Source: Phyllosticta citribraziliensis (lineage: Eukaryota). Taken from it: a stretch of 64,000 nt of DNA. This document shows, piece after piece, positions 62,985-64,000 of the stretch. Made by a program: the position numbers and the translations under genes. The stretch spans positions 620,001 to 684,000 of the forward strand of contig NW_027117341.1 of NCBI RefSeq assembly GCF_038025025.1. Reading direction: 5' to 3'. The first letter of the stretch is position 1, and each line of letters starts with the position of its first letter. The notes below the pieces were generated by a model, which saw only the letters and a program-made list of their open reading frames with translations, was not told the DNA's origin and did not search any database.

Positions 62985-63940
62985 TCAAGGGAGGGTGTAG
63001 CCGCCGTCAATGACGAGGTTAGCGCCCGTCATGTAGCTGCTGGCATTGCTGGCCAAGAAGACGTATGCCTGAGGGAGGAACAAAAGTTAGAAGGATCGCC
63101 GGACCGAAAGAGGCCAGTGGGAACTTACGCCCTTGAGCTCATTGGGATCGCTGAATCGCCCGCCCGGAACCATGTCGTACCACTTCCGGCGCCATTCGTT
63201 GGGGTGGACAGAGAGCACTGTCCAGGGTCAGCTTTTCGTTCTTTGTCTCCTCTCATTGGCCGAGTGAGAACGGTGGAGAAAATAGACTTACTATCTGTGT
63301 CGATGAAGCCGGGGCTGATGGCGTTCACACGCGCAAAGTCGACCCACTCGACACTCAAGCTCTTGCACAGGTGCACCACTGCCGCTTTGCTCGCATTGTA
63401 AGCAGCCTGCTTCTGGGGAATGTTGACCAGAATGGCCGACACGCTTGCGGTGAAGATGATGTTCCCGCTGCCACCCTCCAGGGTACCAGCGGCTTTGGCC
63501 TTCTTGAAGATGTTGGCAGCCGCTTGGGCCGTCCACATGGCGCCGTCGAGGTTGACGCCCATCATCTTGGACCACGATTGCTCGCTCTCTTCTTCGGCGG
63601 GCTGGTGTGCGGCAATGCCTGCGTTGGCGACCACAATATCCAGCCGTCCAAAGTCCTTGGCCACCTGCTCCAGCGTTGCCGTGATGGTAGCTCGCTCTTG
63701 CACGGAAGATTGGTAGGCGCGCGTCGTGACGCCTGTCTTTTGCGCCAACGACTCGGCCACCTCGTTTGCGTTCTTGCTCGAGGTGTAAATGATGGCAACG
63801 TGGGCACCGGCTTCGGCCAGTGCGGTCGAGACGGCCAAACCAATGCCGCGCACGCCGCCCGTTACAGCGGCGACCTTGCCTTTGAGGGAGAAATGGGAGA
63901 GGACTGGAGCAGCGGGATCGGGGTGAGGAGCGAGAACCAT
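62985..63940 (-). CDS. Short-chain dehydrogenase/reductase, polyol type (mannitol dehydrogenase / L-xylulose or sorbose reductase-like); two introns near 63219-63291 and 63069-63128
   Basis: [17 protein letters not shown] catalytic motif, [23 protein letters not shown]. Confidence 0.9.
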
Positions 63941-64000
63941 GATGGGCAGTGATGGGATGCAGTTGACAATTGAAGCTGAACTGGTAGACAAGATGAGGAG

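Overview
Gene-dense eukaryotic DNA from a filamentous ascomycete (Pezizomycotina). Short GT-AG introns with CTRAC branch sites split most genes across several ORFs of the track. About 23 protein genes can be reconstructed. Most are housekeeping: TBC Rab-GAP, RMT3, RAV1, BST1, IRC3-like helicase, RRN5-like, AFG1, cytosolic aspartate aminotransferase, UFE1, mitochondrial SerRS, an MFS transporter and an SDR. I found no tRNA, rRNA, CRISPR or autonomous transposon. The main lead is a block of uncharacterised Cys/His-rich genes at 53-61 kb: two paralogues that share both intron positions in a zinc-finger-like domain flank a small zinc-ribbon gene, and a ~600 bp degenerate foldback follows. Other leads are an aquaglyceroporin whose second NPA/Arg filter reads KPVSD, a C2H2 protein with a signal-peptide-like N-terminus, a PTS2-like extension on aspartate aminotransferase, and a 4.6 kb 'empty' interval containing TATA boxes, splice signals and hairpins. 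All family assignments come from motif recognition by eye, not from database searches.
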